Shown here in pieces: positions 54,810-64,000 of a stretch of DNA of 64,000 nt (position 1 is its first letter; every line of letters begins with the position of its first letter). Origin of the DNA: Syntrophorhabdaceae bacterium (GTDB lineage Bacteria; Desulfobacterota; Syntrophorhabdia; Syntrophorhabdales; Syntrophorhabdaceae); the NCBI GenBank assembly GCA_963665295.1, contig OY762209.1, forward strand, positions 480,001 through 544,000, written 5' to 3'. The notes under the pieces were generated by a model. The model was not told where the DNA came from. It did not search any database and was given only the letters and a program-made list of their open reading frames with translations. A program made the position numbers and the translations under genes.

Positions 54810-56302
54810 TATTCGAGATGCTCGAAAACGCTGTCATCAGAGGTCTCAATTCTCTCACCTCGCCTAAGCGGGTGAAGAAATCGAGGGAGCCCTCCCGGAT
54901 ACTCATCGGGAGGGCCGCCCACCCTTATCATCCGGAACACTGGGAAGAAATATCGCTCGACGTCGAAAACCTTCTCCGTCACCTGTACTGCTTGGGCGGT
55001 ACGGGCATGGGTAAGACGAAACTGCTGGAGTTTATTATCCAACGTATAATCCTCGCCCACCACGGTTTTGCCCTTATCGATCCGCACGGCGATCTTACGG
55101 AGAACATCATCAATTTTCTCTGTCACAACAAGACTCAATTCGAGATAGACGAATTGGGAGAGCGGGTCATCCTCATTGAACCCTTCGACCGGGAATGGGC
55201 CATCGGATTCAACCCCTTGGACTCGGATGAACCATTCGCCGCGTCTCTCGGTCTCGTGGATATCTTCCGCCAATTTTGGGGCGACAGTTATCGGGGACCG
55301 AGGATGGACGAGCTTCTCAGGAACAGTCTCGCGACCCTCTCTGAGAACAAGCTGACCCTTCTTGAGACAAGACCTTTACTCACCCATCCAGAATTCAGAG
55401 CAAGGCTCGTTAAGAACGTGTCCTTCGGCGAAGTGCGGGATTACTGGAATCATCGGTATAATCCTCTTTCGGAAAAAATGCAGGCCATGTACCGGGAACC
55501 CGTGCTCAACAAAATCACCGCATTCATAACGGACCCGACCATTTACCGAATTCTATGCCAGACAGAAAGCACGGTGAATTTCCGTCGGGCCATGGATCAA
55601 GGGAAATGGATTCTCCTCAATCTCAGCAAAGGACATCTGGGCGAGAACGTGAGGCTTCTCGGTACCCTGTTTCTTTCCAAGCTCAAACAAGCCGCGTTCT
55701 CCAGAATCGATATACCGGAAGAGAGCAGACGTCCGTTCTTCGTCTTTGCCGACGAATTTCAGAGCTTCATGGGGGATGCGGGGACAATTGAAACAGTACT
55801 CTCAGAAAGCAGAAAATTCCGTTTGGCCATTTTTATGGCAAATCAGAATTTGGGGCAGATACCTGCGCAGCTGCGATCAGCCATTTTAGGGAATGTTGGA
55901 GTGGAAATTTTCTTCCGTCTCTCCAACCAGGACAGCGTTTTAGTCTCTTCGGAAATGAGCCACGGCGACAAGCATCTCATCGAAAAGCGGCTGATCGATT
56001 TCAAGGTTGGAGAAGCGTATCTCAAGGTCAAGGGCCAGAAAGCGCGGCTCTTTAAGACTATCCATGTGCCTTCGCTCAGAGTTCCGGAAAGAATGATTGA
56101 ACCACTGAGGGTAGCCTCTTTCCGGAACTGGGCCGCGCCGGTCAGCAAAGTGGAGGAAGAGATCGCGGAGCGGAGAGGAATGTGGGAAGAGAGCGGGATA
56201 GACAACGATTGCTCCCCAAGGGAAACGCAAGGGGCAATTGTAAGGACCGATGATGTTCTTCCTGTCCGCGACTCCTTCGAGGAAGGACAAAGTGAATGGT
56301 GA
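54806..56302 (+). CDS. VirD4/TraG/TrwB-like coupling ATPase
   Basis: RHLYCLGGTGMGKT, IDPHGDL, GFNPL, FADEFQSF, SESRKFRL..ANQNLGQ, AILGNVG..IFFR. Confidence 0.82.
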   Translation: MIFEMLENAVIRGLNSLTSPKRVKKSREPSRILIGRAAHPYHPEHWEEISLDVENLLRHLYCLGGTGMGKTKLLEFIIQRIILAHHGFALIDPHGDLTENIINFLCHNKTQFEIDELGERVILIEPFDREWAIGFNPLDSDEPFAASLGLVDIFRQFWGDSYRGPRMDELLRNSLATLSENKLTLLETRPLLTHPEFRARLVKNVSFGEVRDYWNHRYNPLSEKMQAMYREPVLNKITAFITDPTIYRILCQTESTVNFRRAMDQGKWILLNLSKGHLGENVRLLGTLFLSKLKQAAFSRIDIPEESRRPFFVFADEFQSFMGDAGTIETVLSESRKFRLAIFMANQNLGQIPAQLRSAILGNVGVEIFFRLSNQDSVLVSSEMSHGDKHLIEKRLIDFKVGEAYLKVKGQKARLFKTIHVPSLRVPERMIEPLRVASFRNWAAPVSKVEEEIAERRGMWEESGIDNDCSPRETQGAIVRTDDVLPVRDSFEEGQSEW

Positions 56303-57155
56303 GACCAGAACCAGTAAGTGGCAGAGGACCAAAAATCCGAAGCCCATCTTTCTTCAGGAAAGAGATCAGGAGATAGTCGCCAGGGTCTATGACTTTGGCT
56401 TCCTCACCAGGCAACAAATACAGCGCCTCATTGATTTCAACTGTACAACCAGGGCCAACATACGACTCCGGAAGCTTTTTGATCACGGTTACCTTTTAAG
56501 GCGATTTCTTCCGGTAGTAAAAGGATCATCTCAGGCTCTGTACTTCCTGGGTCCCAAGGGCATAGACCTTGTCTCGGAAAGAACGGGAATCGATGCGGCT
56601 TTAATCAAGAAAAGGCAGGGGAACCATTACGAGCGCAAGGAGTTGTTCCTTGACCATGATCTTCTTCTCAATGATGTGAGGATCGGCGTCTATGATGCTT
56701 TGAAGAAATCTCCCGGCACGGAACTTGACCATTGGGTGAATTACACCGATTGTCTTCAGGAGTGGAATGTCCTCAATCCGAAATCGGGCCGCCAAAACAA
56801 AGTGGCCCTCAGACCTGACGGATATTTCCGCTACTTCTCTGCAGACAAGCTCTTCGGATGTTTTGTGGAGGTGGACAGATCCACTATGAGCAACAGCCGG
56901 TTTCAGTCCAAGGTGAAGCTGTATCTTGAATATATCCGCTCGGGACTCTATCCGGCAAAATTCGGGCTCCAATTCTTCCGGGTTTTGGTAGTGACTGAAA
57001 CAAGGCAGCGCCTTCTTAATCTCAAGTCAGCCACTGAGCAACTCACCGACAAGGTATTCTGGTTCGCGCTGGCCAACAACCTCGTGGAGGGAAATGTCTT
57101 CGAGTCCATCTGGGCGAGACCGGGCAAACCGGGAACCTTCAGTCTGCTGGAGTGA
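56250..57155 (+). CDS. Replication-relaxation (Replic_Relax) family protein
   Basis: LQERDQEI..FLTRQQI..RLRKL wHTH; LDHDLLLND; LRPDGYF..FVEVDRSTM..KVKLY..FRVLVVT. Confidence 0.82.
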   Translation: MMFFLSATPSRKDKVNGETRTSKWQRTKNPKPIFLQERDQEIVARVYDFGFLTRQQIQRLIDFNCTTRANIRLRKLFDHGYLLRRFLPVVKGSSQALYFLGPKGIDLVSERTGIDAALIKKRQGNHYERKELFLDHDLLLNDVRIGVYDALKKSPGTELDHWVNYTDCLQEWNVLNPKSGRQNKVALRPDGYFRYFSADKLFGCFVEVDRSTMSNSRFQSKVKLYLEYIRSGLYPAKFGLQFFRVLVVTETRQRLLNLKSATEQLTDKVFWFALANNLVEGNVFESIWARPGKPGTFSLLE

Positions 57156-57158
57156 GTC

Positions 57159-57617
57159 GTGAGATATTGCCCCCGCTGCCATCACTTCAATCCGGGCAAT
57201 CTCCCGATCTGCCATTTCTGCGGAGCCACCTGGTATGTAAGGCTCTGCCCGAGAGGTCATGAGAATCCCCCAAGCGCCCAATATTGCGGGACATGCGGAT
57301 CAACGGATTTGAGTGAGACGGCGGGCCGCCGACCATGGCTTTTGATTGCCTTTAAATTATTCCTGTGGCTCCTCGTCGGTCTCTTCGTTTACTCACTAGT
57401 CTTTGGCGCTGGCCCCATTTCAGGCAGTCAAATCTTTGCCTATATCTTCTCTCTCGCCTTTCCCCTCTGCCTCCTCCTTGTTGGCCTCTGGCTTCTGCTC
57501 TCGCTTCTGCCGAAGTCTGTAGGGCAGTCAGTTCGCAAGCTGATGAGGCATGTGCTGAGGCTGGCTGGCTTGGCAGCATGGGGTTTGTTGAAGCTGATAT
57601 GGAGGATATTGAAATGA
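57159..57617 (+). CDS. Double zinc ribbon membrane protein
   Basis: CPRC..CHFCG..CPRGH..CGTCG, followed by two to three hydrophobic helices. Confidence 0.75.
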   Translation: MRYCPRCHHFNPGNLPICHFCGATWYVRLCPRGHENPPSAQYCGTCGSTDLSETAGRRPWLLIAFKLFLWLLVGLFVYSLVFGAGPISGSQIFAYIFSLAFPLCLLLVGLWLLLSLLPKSVGQSVRKLMRHVLRLAGLAAWGLLKLIWRILK

Positions 57618-57842
57618 CAATGAGTCGGGAGCGCGGCTCTGGTCCTTCGGGGTCCCAAGTCCTTGATTTGAATTATAAATCGGTCGAAACCCATAGTGCA
57701 GTCGGAAAACCACCCGTTGCACTATCCGTTGCACTACCTGCACTATCCCGCACAGGATGGCATTGCCGGGAACGGCAACAATGCCCGTCTTTGCGGGCGG
57801 GCTGCGCCCGGCTACTATGGAAGAAAGGAAAGGAGGAGGATC

Positions 57843-58196
57843 ATGGAATTCTTGACGGTTGACGAGATTGCACGGATGCTCAAAGCGAGTCGCGAGTTCG
57901 TTTACAAAAACAGGAGCCTCTTCGGAGGCATCAAAGTGGGAAGGCTCGTGAGATTTCCAAAAATAATTTTTGAGAAGATAATCGAGGAGGTGATAGGAAG
58001 TGGTGGAGAAACACGGCAACAAGTGGAGGTACGATTTTCTGAAGGACGGGACGAGGTACAGAGCGGGAGGATTCAGGAGCAAAGCCGAAGCTATCGAAGC
58101 CGAGGCAAGAGCAAGAGCAGGAGCAAAATCGATAAATACGGACTTGCTAAAGCTTATGAACTCAAGGCTGGAGGATATCCAGATTCGGAGGACTAA
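57843..58196 (+). CDS. Excisionase-like HTH protein
   Basis: GGAGG RBS; MEFLTVDEIARMLKASREFVY...IKVGRLVRFP; overlaps the integrase 5' end. Confidence 0.75.
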   Translation: MEFLTVDEIARMLKASREFVYKNRSLFGGIKVGRLVRFPKIIFEKIIEEVIGSGGETRQQVEVRFSEGRDEVQSGRIQEQSRSYRSRGKSKSRSKIDKYGLAKAYELKAGGYPDSED

Positions 58197-58344
58197 ACTC
58201 CATTTCTGGGAAAACAACAAACTATTCAAAGAACTGATGCAGCGTTGGGGGAACCTCCCCAAGATAACCACAGATGATGTGGAAAAATATCTTAACGAAA
58301 TAGCCAAGAAGTCTAAGCCTATGGCAAACAAATATCTTAGACTA

Positions 58345-60019
58345 GTCTCCATCCGGAAACCCCCATTTTCGAGCAAGCCCCCGGTCTATTGCCAGGGTGG
58401 GCGCTCAGCCGTCCGGTGATTCCGTCATCCCTTTTCGGATTTCACTCCATCGGGCCCGTTTTCCCCAGAGTCAGGGCGTAGCTCACCCTTGTCCCCTTGA
58501 GAAAATAGTCTTCTCTCATCATGAGGCCATCCTGATGCGGGCGATGACGAGAAGATTGTAGGAGACGATACTGGAGAGCACGTACCGGGCAAACCCTTCC
58601 CATCCTGTCCACGTCGCCCGGTCAAGGCCGAAGGACCGTTTCAATGTGGAGATGCCTGCTTCAATGCCCGCCCGGAAGTTCCTGAGCTTCTTGTAGACCC
58701 AGGTGCTCTTTGCCATGTCGAGGATGGAGAGCCCCCTCTTTCTGGCGAAGACGGCATCCTTGATATGGTTCTCCTTCGCATAGGCGAGGTTCTCTTTTGA
58801 GGCAAAGCCCCCGTCGGCCGTCACTTGGCGAGGCATCTTCCCGTACCACTCCTTATGCTGCTCAAGGAGGGATTGATACTGGTCGGTATCAGCGGGGTTG
58901 CCCGGGACGATGAGACACCCGATGATCATGGTGGAGCGTCCTCCTGTAAGGAACACCTTATGGCCGTACTCGGTATCCCTCCTCCCCTTCACGATGATGT
59001 CCGTGTGGTCCTCGAAGAAAGAGACGATCTTCTCGGAGGCGGGGACCTTCTCGTTCTTGAAGACTCTCCGGTCGGTCTGGTCGATGACCTTCCCGAGTAT
59101 GCCCACGGCGCGTTCAAGTCTCCGGGCAAGCTCGCGGGCAGCGAAGGTGTCCATGAGATTATCGCCCTCGTAGGGGATGAGTTCGGTGATCGCCTCTTCG
59201 GCATATCCCTTCACGAGATTCGCATAGTGGAGGAGGTCCTTGTAGGCGCTCTTCCGTGTTCTGTCGTTCTTTGCATTGAGGATCGTCATGAGCTTCTTCT
59301 TGGCTACTCTCCTATGGTCACTGTAGGCATACCGGGGCACGGGAGCAAGCTCCTTCCCTTCGGTGAGTAACCGGGTAATGACGCGGATGCCGTCCACGAT
59401 GAGCGATGAGTCGGTGGGGTGGTGGATGTTGGTCTCCACCGTGGTGGAGTCTACTCTTACCACGCGGCCGGATTCTATCTTCTCCTTTACCGCGTAGCGG
59501 TTTACTTCCTGAATGATCGCCTCCCAGGTTTCTTCCCGTATCGCCTTTATGTTCTCCTGAAGGACCGATTTGGAGGGGTACTGTCCCATCTCCAATCTCG
59601 CGAAACTGCGGAGTGCGTCGGAGTCTTCCATGTGGAAGGCAAGCTCTTCATACGTCAGTTGGCGGTACTGCTTGAGTATGGCGATCCGGAGCACCTGTTC
59701 CGCGGTGAGCCCCTCTCTTCCCGTGTCGGTGCGACAGAAGGAGGTCATATCCCCGAAGACCAGATCCAGAAGGCGGGGATTGGCGTCTATGACCTTTGAC
59801 ATCTCCTGAAGCTCCTTTACAATAGAATGGCGCATCATGGGGGAGAAGAGACCTGTCTGGGGGTTGAATTTCTGGCGCATTCCGGAATCCTTTCTGAAGG
59901 CGTTAGGTAATGATATTGCCTTGTTACAACCATATTGTACCTCAGATGAGGGGCGAAACTCCAGGGGAATGTGGGGATTTGGGCAAATATTTCATGGGGT
60001 TAGGTTTCCGGATGGAGAC
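58345..60019 (-). mobile_element. IS element (IS5/ISNCY-like DDE) with 17 bp terminal IRs and TAGACTA target duplication
   Basis: IRs GTCTCCATCCGGAAACC / GGTTTCCGGATGGAGAC; TAGACTA at 58338-58344 and 60020-60026. Confidence 0.9.
58519..59880 (-). CDS. DDE transposase (IS5/ISNCY-like)
   Basis: RVDSTTVETNIHHPTD, EYGHK, TADGGF, RAGIEAGISTLKRSFGL. Confidence 0.9.
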   Translation of the reverse strand: MRQKFNPQTGLFSPMMRHSIVKELQEMSKVIDANPRLLDLVFGDMTSFCRTDTGREGLTAEQVLRIAILKQYRQLTYEELAFHMEDSDALRSFARLEMGQYPSKSVLQENIKAIREETWEAIIQEVNRYAVKEKIESGRVVRVDSTTVETNIHHPTDSSLIVDGIRVITRLLTEGKELAPVPRYAYSDHRRVAKKKLMTILNAKNDRTRKSAYKDLLHYANLVKGYAEEAITELIPYEGDNLMDTFAARELARRLERAVGILGKVIDQTDRRVFKNEKVPASEKIVSFFEDHTDIIVKGRRDTEYGHKVFLTGGRSTMIIGCLIVPGNPADTDQYQSLLEQHKEWYGKMPRQVTADGGFASKENLAYAKENHIKDAVFARKRGLSILDMAKSTWVYKKLRNFRAGIEAGISTLKRSFGLDRATWTGWEGFARYVLSSIVSYNLLVIARIRMAS

Positions 60020-60218
60020 TAGACTAATCAAGGCACTCTTTAATCACGGGATAAAGAGAAACTGGTTCATATTTAACCCATGCCACGGCATAGCGCCTTT
60101 CGGTATCGAGAAAAGAAAGAAGTATATCCCAACTTTTGAGGACATCGAGAAAGTAATCTCTCTTGCCAAAGAGGAACAGAGGAACTATCTCCTGGTGGTG
60201 GCTCTTACAATGGCTAGA

Positions 60219-62139
60219 CCGAAGTTCCCCCTGTGAAATCCCCCCAATATCACTCTATCCCGTTGAAATGACGGGAATAGGGTGATAATCATATCTTCTA
60301 CTTGTTGCCATGTAATAGTGCATTATGTACTTGACATGTAGGTAAGCTATTTGCTATATATGTTCCATGTACATCGAAAGCATCCCCAACCGCAACTCCC
60401 GGCCCGCCATCCTCTTGAGGGAGGCATGGAGGGAAGGCAAAAAGATAAAGAAGAAGACAGTCGCAAACCTCACTGATTGGCCGGAAGAGAAGATCGAGCT
60501 CTTGAGGCGTGTATTGAAAGGGGAGTCTCTCGTCTCTCCGAAGGAAGCCTTTAAGGTTGAGCAGTCTCTCCCCCACGGCCATGTGGAGGCCATACTCGGG
60601 ACAATAAAGAAGCTTGGCCTTGATACGGTCATTGCCTCGAAGCCTGGAAGGGAGAGAGACCTCGTAATCGCCATGATCGTGGAACGCCTCATCCACCCCT
60701 CATCGAAATTAGCAACTACGAGGCTCTGGCATACTACTTCGGTGGCGGAGGAACTCTCGGTTGCAGATGCCGATGAGGACGAACTCTATGATGCCCTGGA
60801 CTGGCTTTTGGCAAGACAGGAGCGGATCGAGAAGAAGCTGGCGAATAAGCACCTTACCGAGGGCTCGCTCGTGCTCTACGATGTGACGAGCAGTTACTAC
60901 GAGGGCCACACCTGTCCCCTTGCGCAGTTCGGCCATGACCGGGATGAAAAGGGAAAGAGGATCATCGTCTATGGAGTACTCACCGATCACGAAGGCCGAC
61001 CTGTTGCAGTTACCGTCTATCCGGGGAATACGGGCGATCCCTCTACCATTCCCGACCAGACGGCAAAGCTCAAAGAAAGATTCGGTCTCGATCACCTCGT
61101 CCTCGTGGGCGACAGGGGCATGCTTACGGAGACACAGATTACAAAGATAAAGGAGATGCCCGGCATAGGGTGGATATCGGCCCTCAGGTCTTCCGCCATA
61201 CGCGAGCTTGTGGGACAGGGGAGCATCCAGATGTCCCTCTTCGATACCCAGGACTTTGCGGAAATCACCTCTCCCGAGTATCCGGGGGAAAGGCTCATCG
61301 CTTGCTTCAACCCCCTTCTTGCCGAAGAGAGAAAGAGGAAAAGAAACGCGCTCCTCGATGTGACGGAAAAGAAGTTGTCCTCCATTGTACGGGCGGTCGG
61401 GAGAAGGACAAGGACGCCTCTTTCCGCAGCGGAGATAGGGAAGAAAGTCGGCGCGGTAGTCAACGATCACAAGATGGCGAAGCACTTTATCCTTACCATC
61501 GGAGACGGGTCCTTCTCATTCGCCCGGAACGAGGAGTCAATCACCGAAGAAGAAGCCCTCGACGGGATCTATGTGATCCGTACGAGTGAACCAGCCCTTC
61601 CTCCCGCCGATGTGGTACGGAACTACAAGAACCTTGCCCGGGTAGAGCGGGCCTTCAGGACCTTGAAGGGCATCGATCTTCTCGTCCGTCCCATTCACCA
61701 CCGTACCGAGGATCACGTGCGAGCCCACATCTTTCTCTGCACCCTCGCCTATTACGTAGAGTGGCATATGAGGGAGGCCCTTACGCCGCTGCTCTTCGAC
61801 GATGAGGAGCTTCCCCTCTCACGAACGACGAGAGACCCGGTAAAGCCCGCGGAGTCATCTTCTTCCGCAAAGAAAAAGAAGACCACCAAGCTCACCCCTG
61901 ACGGCCTTCCCGTCCAGAGCTTCCGTACCCTCCTTGCCGCACTGGGGACCCGATGCAAAAACCGGTGCAGGATGGTTTTGGACTCCATGGCCCCGGCCTT
62001 CACCCTTCTTACTGATCCGACACCTCTCCAGGCCCGCGCCCTTGCCCTCCTCGGACTGTAGCCAGTAACGGGAAATCAATTTCTGCCATAATCATTGGAA
62101 TATCAAGGTGATGGGTTAATATTGGGCGGGGAACTTCAG
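60219..62139 (+). mobile_element. IS1634-family element with GCTAGA target duplication
   Basis: IRs CCGAAGTTCCCC / GGGGAACTTCAG; GCTAGA at 60213-60218 and 62140-62145. Confidence 0.9.
60367..62061 (+). CDS. IS1634-family transposase
   Basis: LYDVTSSYYEG, FGHDRD, VGDRGM, DGIYVIRT, YKNLARVERAFRTLK, VRAHIFLCTLAY. Confidence 0.9.
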   Translation: MYIESIPNRNSRPAILLREAWREGKKIKKKTVANLTDWPEEKIELLRRVLKGESLVSPKEAFKVEQSLPHGHVEAILGTIKKLGLDTVIASKPGRERDLVIAMIVERLIHPSSKLATTRLWHTTSVAEELSVADADEDELYDALDWLLARQERIEKKLANKHLTEGSLVLYDVTSSYYEGHTCPLAQFGHDRDEKGKRIIVYGVLTDHEGRPVAVTVYPGNTGDPSTIPDQTAKLKERFGLDHLVLVGDRGMLTETQITKIKEMPGIGWISALRSSAIRELVGQGSIQMSLFDTQDFAEITSPEYPGERLIACFNPLLAEERKRKRNALLDVTEKKLSSIVRAVGRRTRTPLSAAEIGKKVGAVVNDHKMAKHFILTIGDGSFSFARNEESITEEEALDGIYVIRTSEPALPPADVVRNYKNLARVERAFRTLKGIDLLVRPIHHRTEDHVRAHIFLCTLAYYVEWHMREALTPLLFDDEELPLSRTTRDPVKPAESSSSAKKKKTTKLTPDGLPVQSFRTLLAALGTRCKNRCRMVLDSMAPAFTLLTDPTPLQARALALLGL

Positions 62140-62595
62140 GCTAGAGTGAGAGAGATTAACAACCTCAAATGGGAAGATGTTAACCTGGATGAAGGATACC
62201 TTGTCCTCAAGACGCGAAAAGCCAAGAACTCTGACGTGGTTTCGAGGAAAATTCCTTTAGTGCCGACTATTAAGAAGATACTCGAATCAATGGATAAGGG
62301 AAACGAGTATGTCTTTGTTAACCCTGTTACCAAAACCAGATACGATTACAGGGACAAGTTTCTCCCGAACCTTTGCAGGAAAGCGGAGGTACGGCCTTTC
62401 ATGTATCACTCACTGAGGCACTACGGAGCATCAAAACTCGCTCACTCTGGCGTACCCTTGACAGACATTCAAGAGCTTCTTGGCCACCAGAGAGCCACTA
62501 CCACCGATATATACCTTCAGAGCTTGAAAAACAGTCTGAGGGAATCCATTAACAAACTCGACTTCCCCCAAAATTTCCCCCAAGACTAAAAGAAA

Positions 62596-62669
62596 TGCGC
62601 CCAGCAGGAATCGAACCTGCAACCTTTGGATTCGAAGTCCAGCACTCTATCCAATTGAGCTATGGGCGC
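62596..62669 (-). tRNA. tRNA-Arg(TCG); CCA not encoded; probable integration site
   Basis: GCGCCCATAGCTCAATTGGATAGAGTGCTGGACTTCGAATCCAAAGGTTGCAGGTTCGATTCCTGCTGGGCGCA folds as a cloverleaf; its 3' end lies 6 bp from the integrase stop. Confidence 0.95.
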
Positions 62670-62762
62670 CAACAGGTTAAGAGAGCATACCACAAAACCG
62701 CAGAGCGTTGTAGCCCATTCGTGTTTGAAGGCAAGCGCCCGCCTCCCGGTCCTTTTTGAATT

Positions 62763-63695
62763 CTATCTCGTGAGATATCTTGTCATGAAGTGATTCACGA
62801 GGAAACGCACCACATTAAGCTCAAAAAAGGGCACCATCCGTCTCATGCCCCCGATAACCTGATTCGAAGGAATAAAACCCTTTCCGACAGCGCGGCAAAA
62901 ATGTTTCAGAATTTCATTGTGGATTCTCTTCATCGACGGAGGGGGCAGACTTTGCATAATAAAACGGTATATACGAAGCATTTCTTGAAGATAGAGGTCA
63001 TCGGCATAATAGCGATGGCACGATGATCCTCCATGGATACGGAGGAAATTGAGCGGTTTTGCCACGTAACCGATGTCCGTGGCGAGGAGCATGCGCAGGT
63101 AGAGAAACCAATCACCACAGTACCGCATGTCGGCGTCGGCAAGACCGGCATTGATATAGGCGGTTTTCCGGAATAACACGCTGCTTGCATTATTGATGGT
63201 GTTGCTTACGCAGAGATACTTTTCTATTTCGTCCCTGCCGCTGTTGAGATAATCCGAAGTTCTTCTTTTGTCGGCGGAGGAATAGTCGTTTGATATGGAT
63301 CCTGTAAATTGTCCCTTGTCATCGATGATCAGCGCATCGCAATAGGCAAGGCCGACATGAGGGTTATTTTCCAGAAGGGGGACCATTTTCTCCAGAAAAT
63401 CAGGAGCGGCCACGTCATCGGACTCCGCGATCCACACATATTCGCCTTCTGCCTGTATGACGCCGCAGTCCCACTGCTTAAACGGGCTGCCGCTGTTGCG
63501 CTCATTGATGGAGGCCCTGATGCGGGGGTACTTTGACTTGTAATGACGGATTATGTCCTGACTCCCGTCGGTTGAACAATCGTCTAAGAGGATCATTTCG
63601 AAATCCTGCAAAGTCTGGCTGAGAATGCTCTCCAGACGTTGCGGCAGAAAGGGTGCATGGTTGTAACTGGGGACGATAACGGAAACCTTAGGCAT
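62763..63695 (-). CDS. Glycosyltransferase family 2
   Basis: VSVIVPSYN, LDDCSTD, WIAESDD, CGDW. Confidence 0.92.
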   Translation of the reverse strand: MPKVSVIVPSYNHAPFLPQRLESILSQTLQDFEMILLDDCSTDGSQDIIRHYKSKYPRIRASINERNSGSPFKQWDCGVIQAEGEYVWIAESDDVAAPDFLEKMVPLLENNPHVGLAYCDALIIDDKGQFTGSISNDYSSADKRRTSDYLNSGRDEIEKYLCVSNTINNASSVLFRKTAYINAGLADADMRYCGDWFLYLRMLLATDIGYVAKPLNFLRIHGGSSCHRYYADDLYLQEMLRIYRFIMQSLPPPSMKRIHNEILKHFCRAVGKGFIPSNQVIGGMRRMVPFFELNVVRFLVNHFMTRYLTR

Positions 63696-64000
63696 GCCGC
63701 TCGGAATGTAACCTCCTCCTTATCCTGCCCGAGAGAGATTTCAACAGTTTATAAACCAAAACCGGGTAATCTTTCAGAGGTCGCCGGCGCAACTCCTTCA
63801 ATGCCTCCCGCCCGTGGTAAAGCATTTGGGCGCCATGATATCTCAATCCTTCCCGGTTCGAGACCAGGGCCTGGTTGAAGATATGAAAGTATTGCGTTTG
63901 CGTGCCTCCGAAACTTCTTAAATGTTTTTCTATGGGCTGAATATCGGAACCGCCGAAGTTGAGAATACGGACTTTGTCACTGAAGTACTTGATTACATGC
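63688..64000 (-). CDS. C-terminal part of an upstream gene (possibly GNAT/FemAB-like); truncated by window edge
   Basis: Open frame ...LNFGGSDIQPIEKHLRSFGGTQTQYF...SERHA*; the stop overlaps the GT2 start. Confidence 0.5.
   Translation of the reverse strand, partial: HVIKYFSDKVRILNFGGSDIQPIEKHLRSFGGTQTQYFHIFNQALVSNREGLRYHGAQMLYHGREALKELRRRPLKDYPVLVYKLLKSLSGRIRRRLHSERHA

Larger units (their letters stand above)
58000..62589 (+). pseudogene. Tyrosine integrase interrupted by two IS elements (segments 58000-58344, 60027-60218, 62146-62589)
   Basis: Joining the segments gives ...NKYLRL|IKALFNHG...ALTMAR|VREINNLKWEDV...YHSLRHY...LLGH...TTDIY, with a full R-K-H-R-H-Y catalytic set. Confidence 0.92.
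1..62595. mobile_element. Large integrative element/genomic island at tRNA-Arg; left boundary outside the window
   Basis: Xis + integrase abut the tRNA 3' end. The element carries a coupling ATPase, relaxase-like genes, RadC, DUF932-like and defence cargo. No housekeeping genes and no second tRNA 3'-end copy were seen. Confidence 0.7.

Noticed and set aside
54806..57155. Complete conjugative T4SS
   Set aside because: No VirB4 or mating-pair formation genes in the window; at most a mobilisation module.
57528..58376. 282-aa minus-strand ORF and other antisense ORFs overlapping long genes
   Set aside because: Shadow frames opposite well-supported genes (xis/int and others), with no recognisable motifs.

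Overview
Almost the whole window (1 to ~62,595) looks like one large integrative mobile element or genomic island. It is anchored at the 3' end of a tRNA-Arg(TCG) at 62596-62669, and its left end lies outside the window. Probable host chromosome (glycosyltransferase genes) follows the tRNA. The tRNA-adjacent tyrosine integrase is split by two IS elements with clear inverted repeats and target duplications. Cargo falls into four blocks. (i) 0.9-23.2 kb is a defence island: AbiE type IV TA, SNF2-Mod-Res type III RM, SIR2-HerA plus a GIY-YIG-like gene, a GHKL-ATPase/DUF3883 nuclease flanked by a ~140 bp duplication, and a catalytically dead short Argonaute paired with a SMEK-APAZ protein. (ii) 23.3-44.8 kb has the hallmarks of Patescibacteria (CPR) DNA: two DGR-target-like genes with no reverse transcriptase, a Cys-rich TSP1 surface protein and a 4646-aa GNVGIGTT-repeat/peptidase S74 fibre protein. 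(iii) 45-50.3 kb carries small mobile-element genes (DUF932-like, RadC, Replic_Relax-like, HTH) and several structured non-coding segments. (iv) 50.4-57.6 kb is a co-oriented run: AdoMet decarboxylase-GNAT-Dam-like MTase, then NYN-ubiquitin-like-E2-JAB/E1, which runs straight into a VirD4-like ATPase, a Replic_Relax protein and a zinc-ribbon membrane protein. The best candidates for undescribed systems are the ubiquitin-like/DNA-transfer operon, the AdoMetDC-GNAT-MTase trio and the SMEK-APAZ/short pAgo pair; the CPR-like cargo block is also notable. All family calls come from motif recognition by eye, with no database searches.
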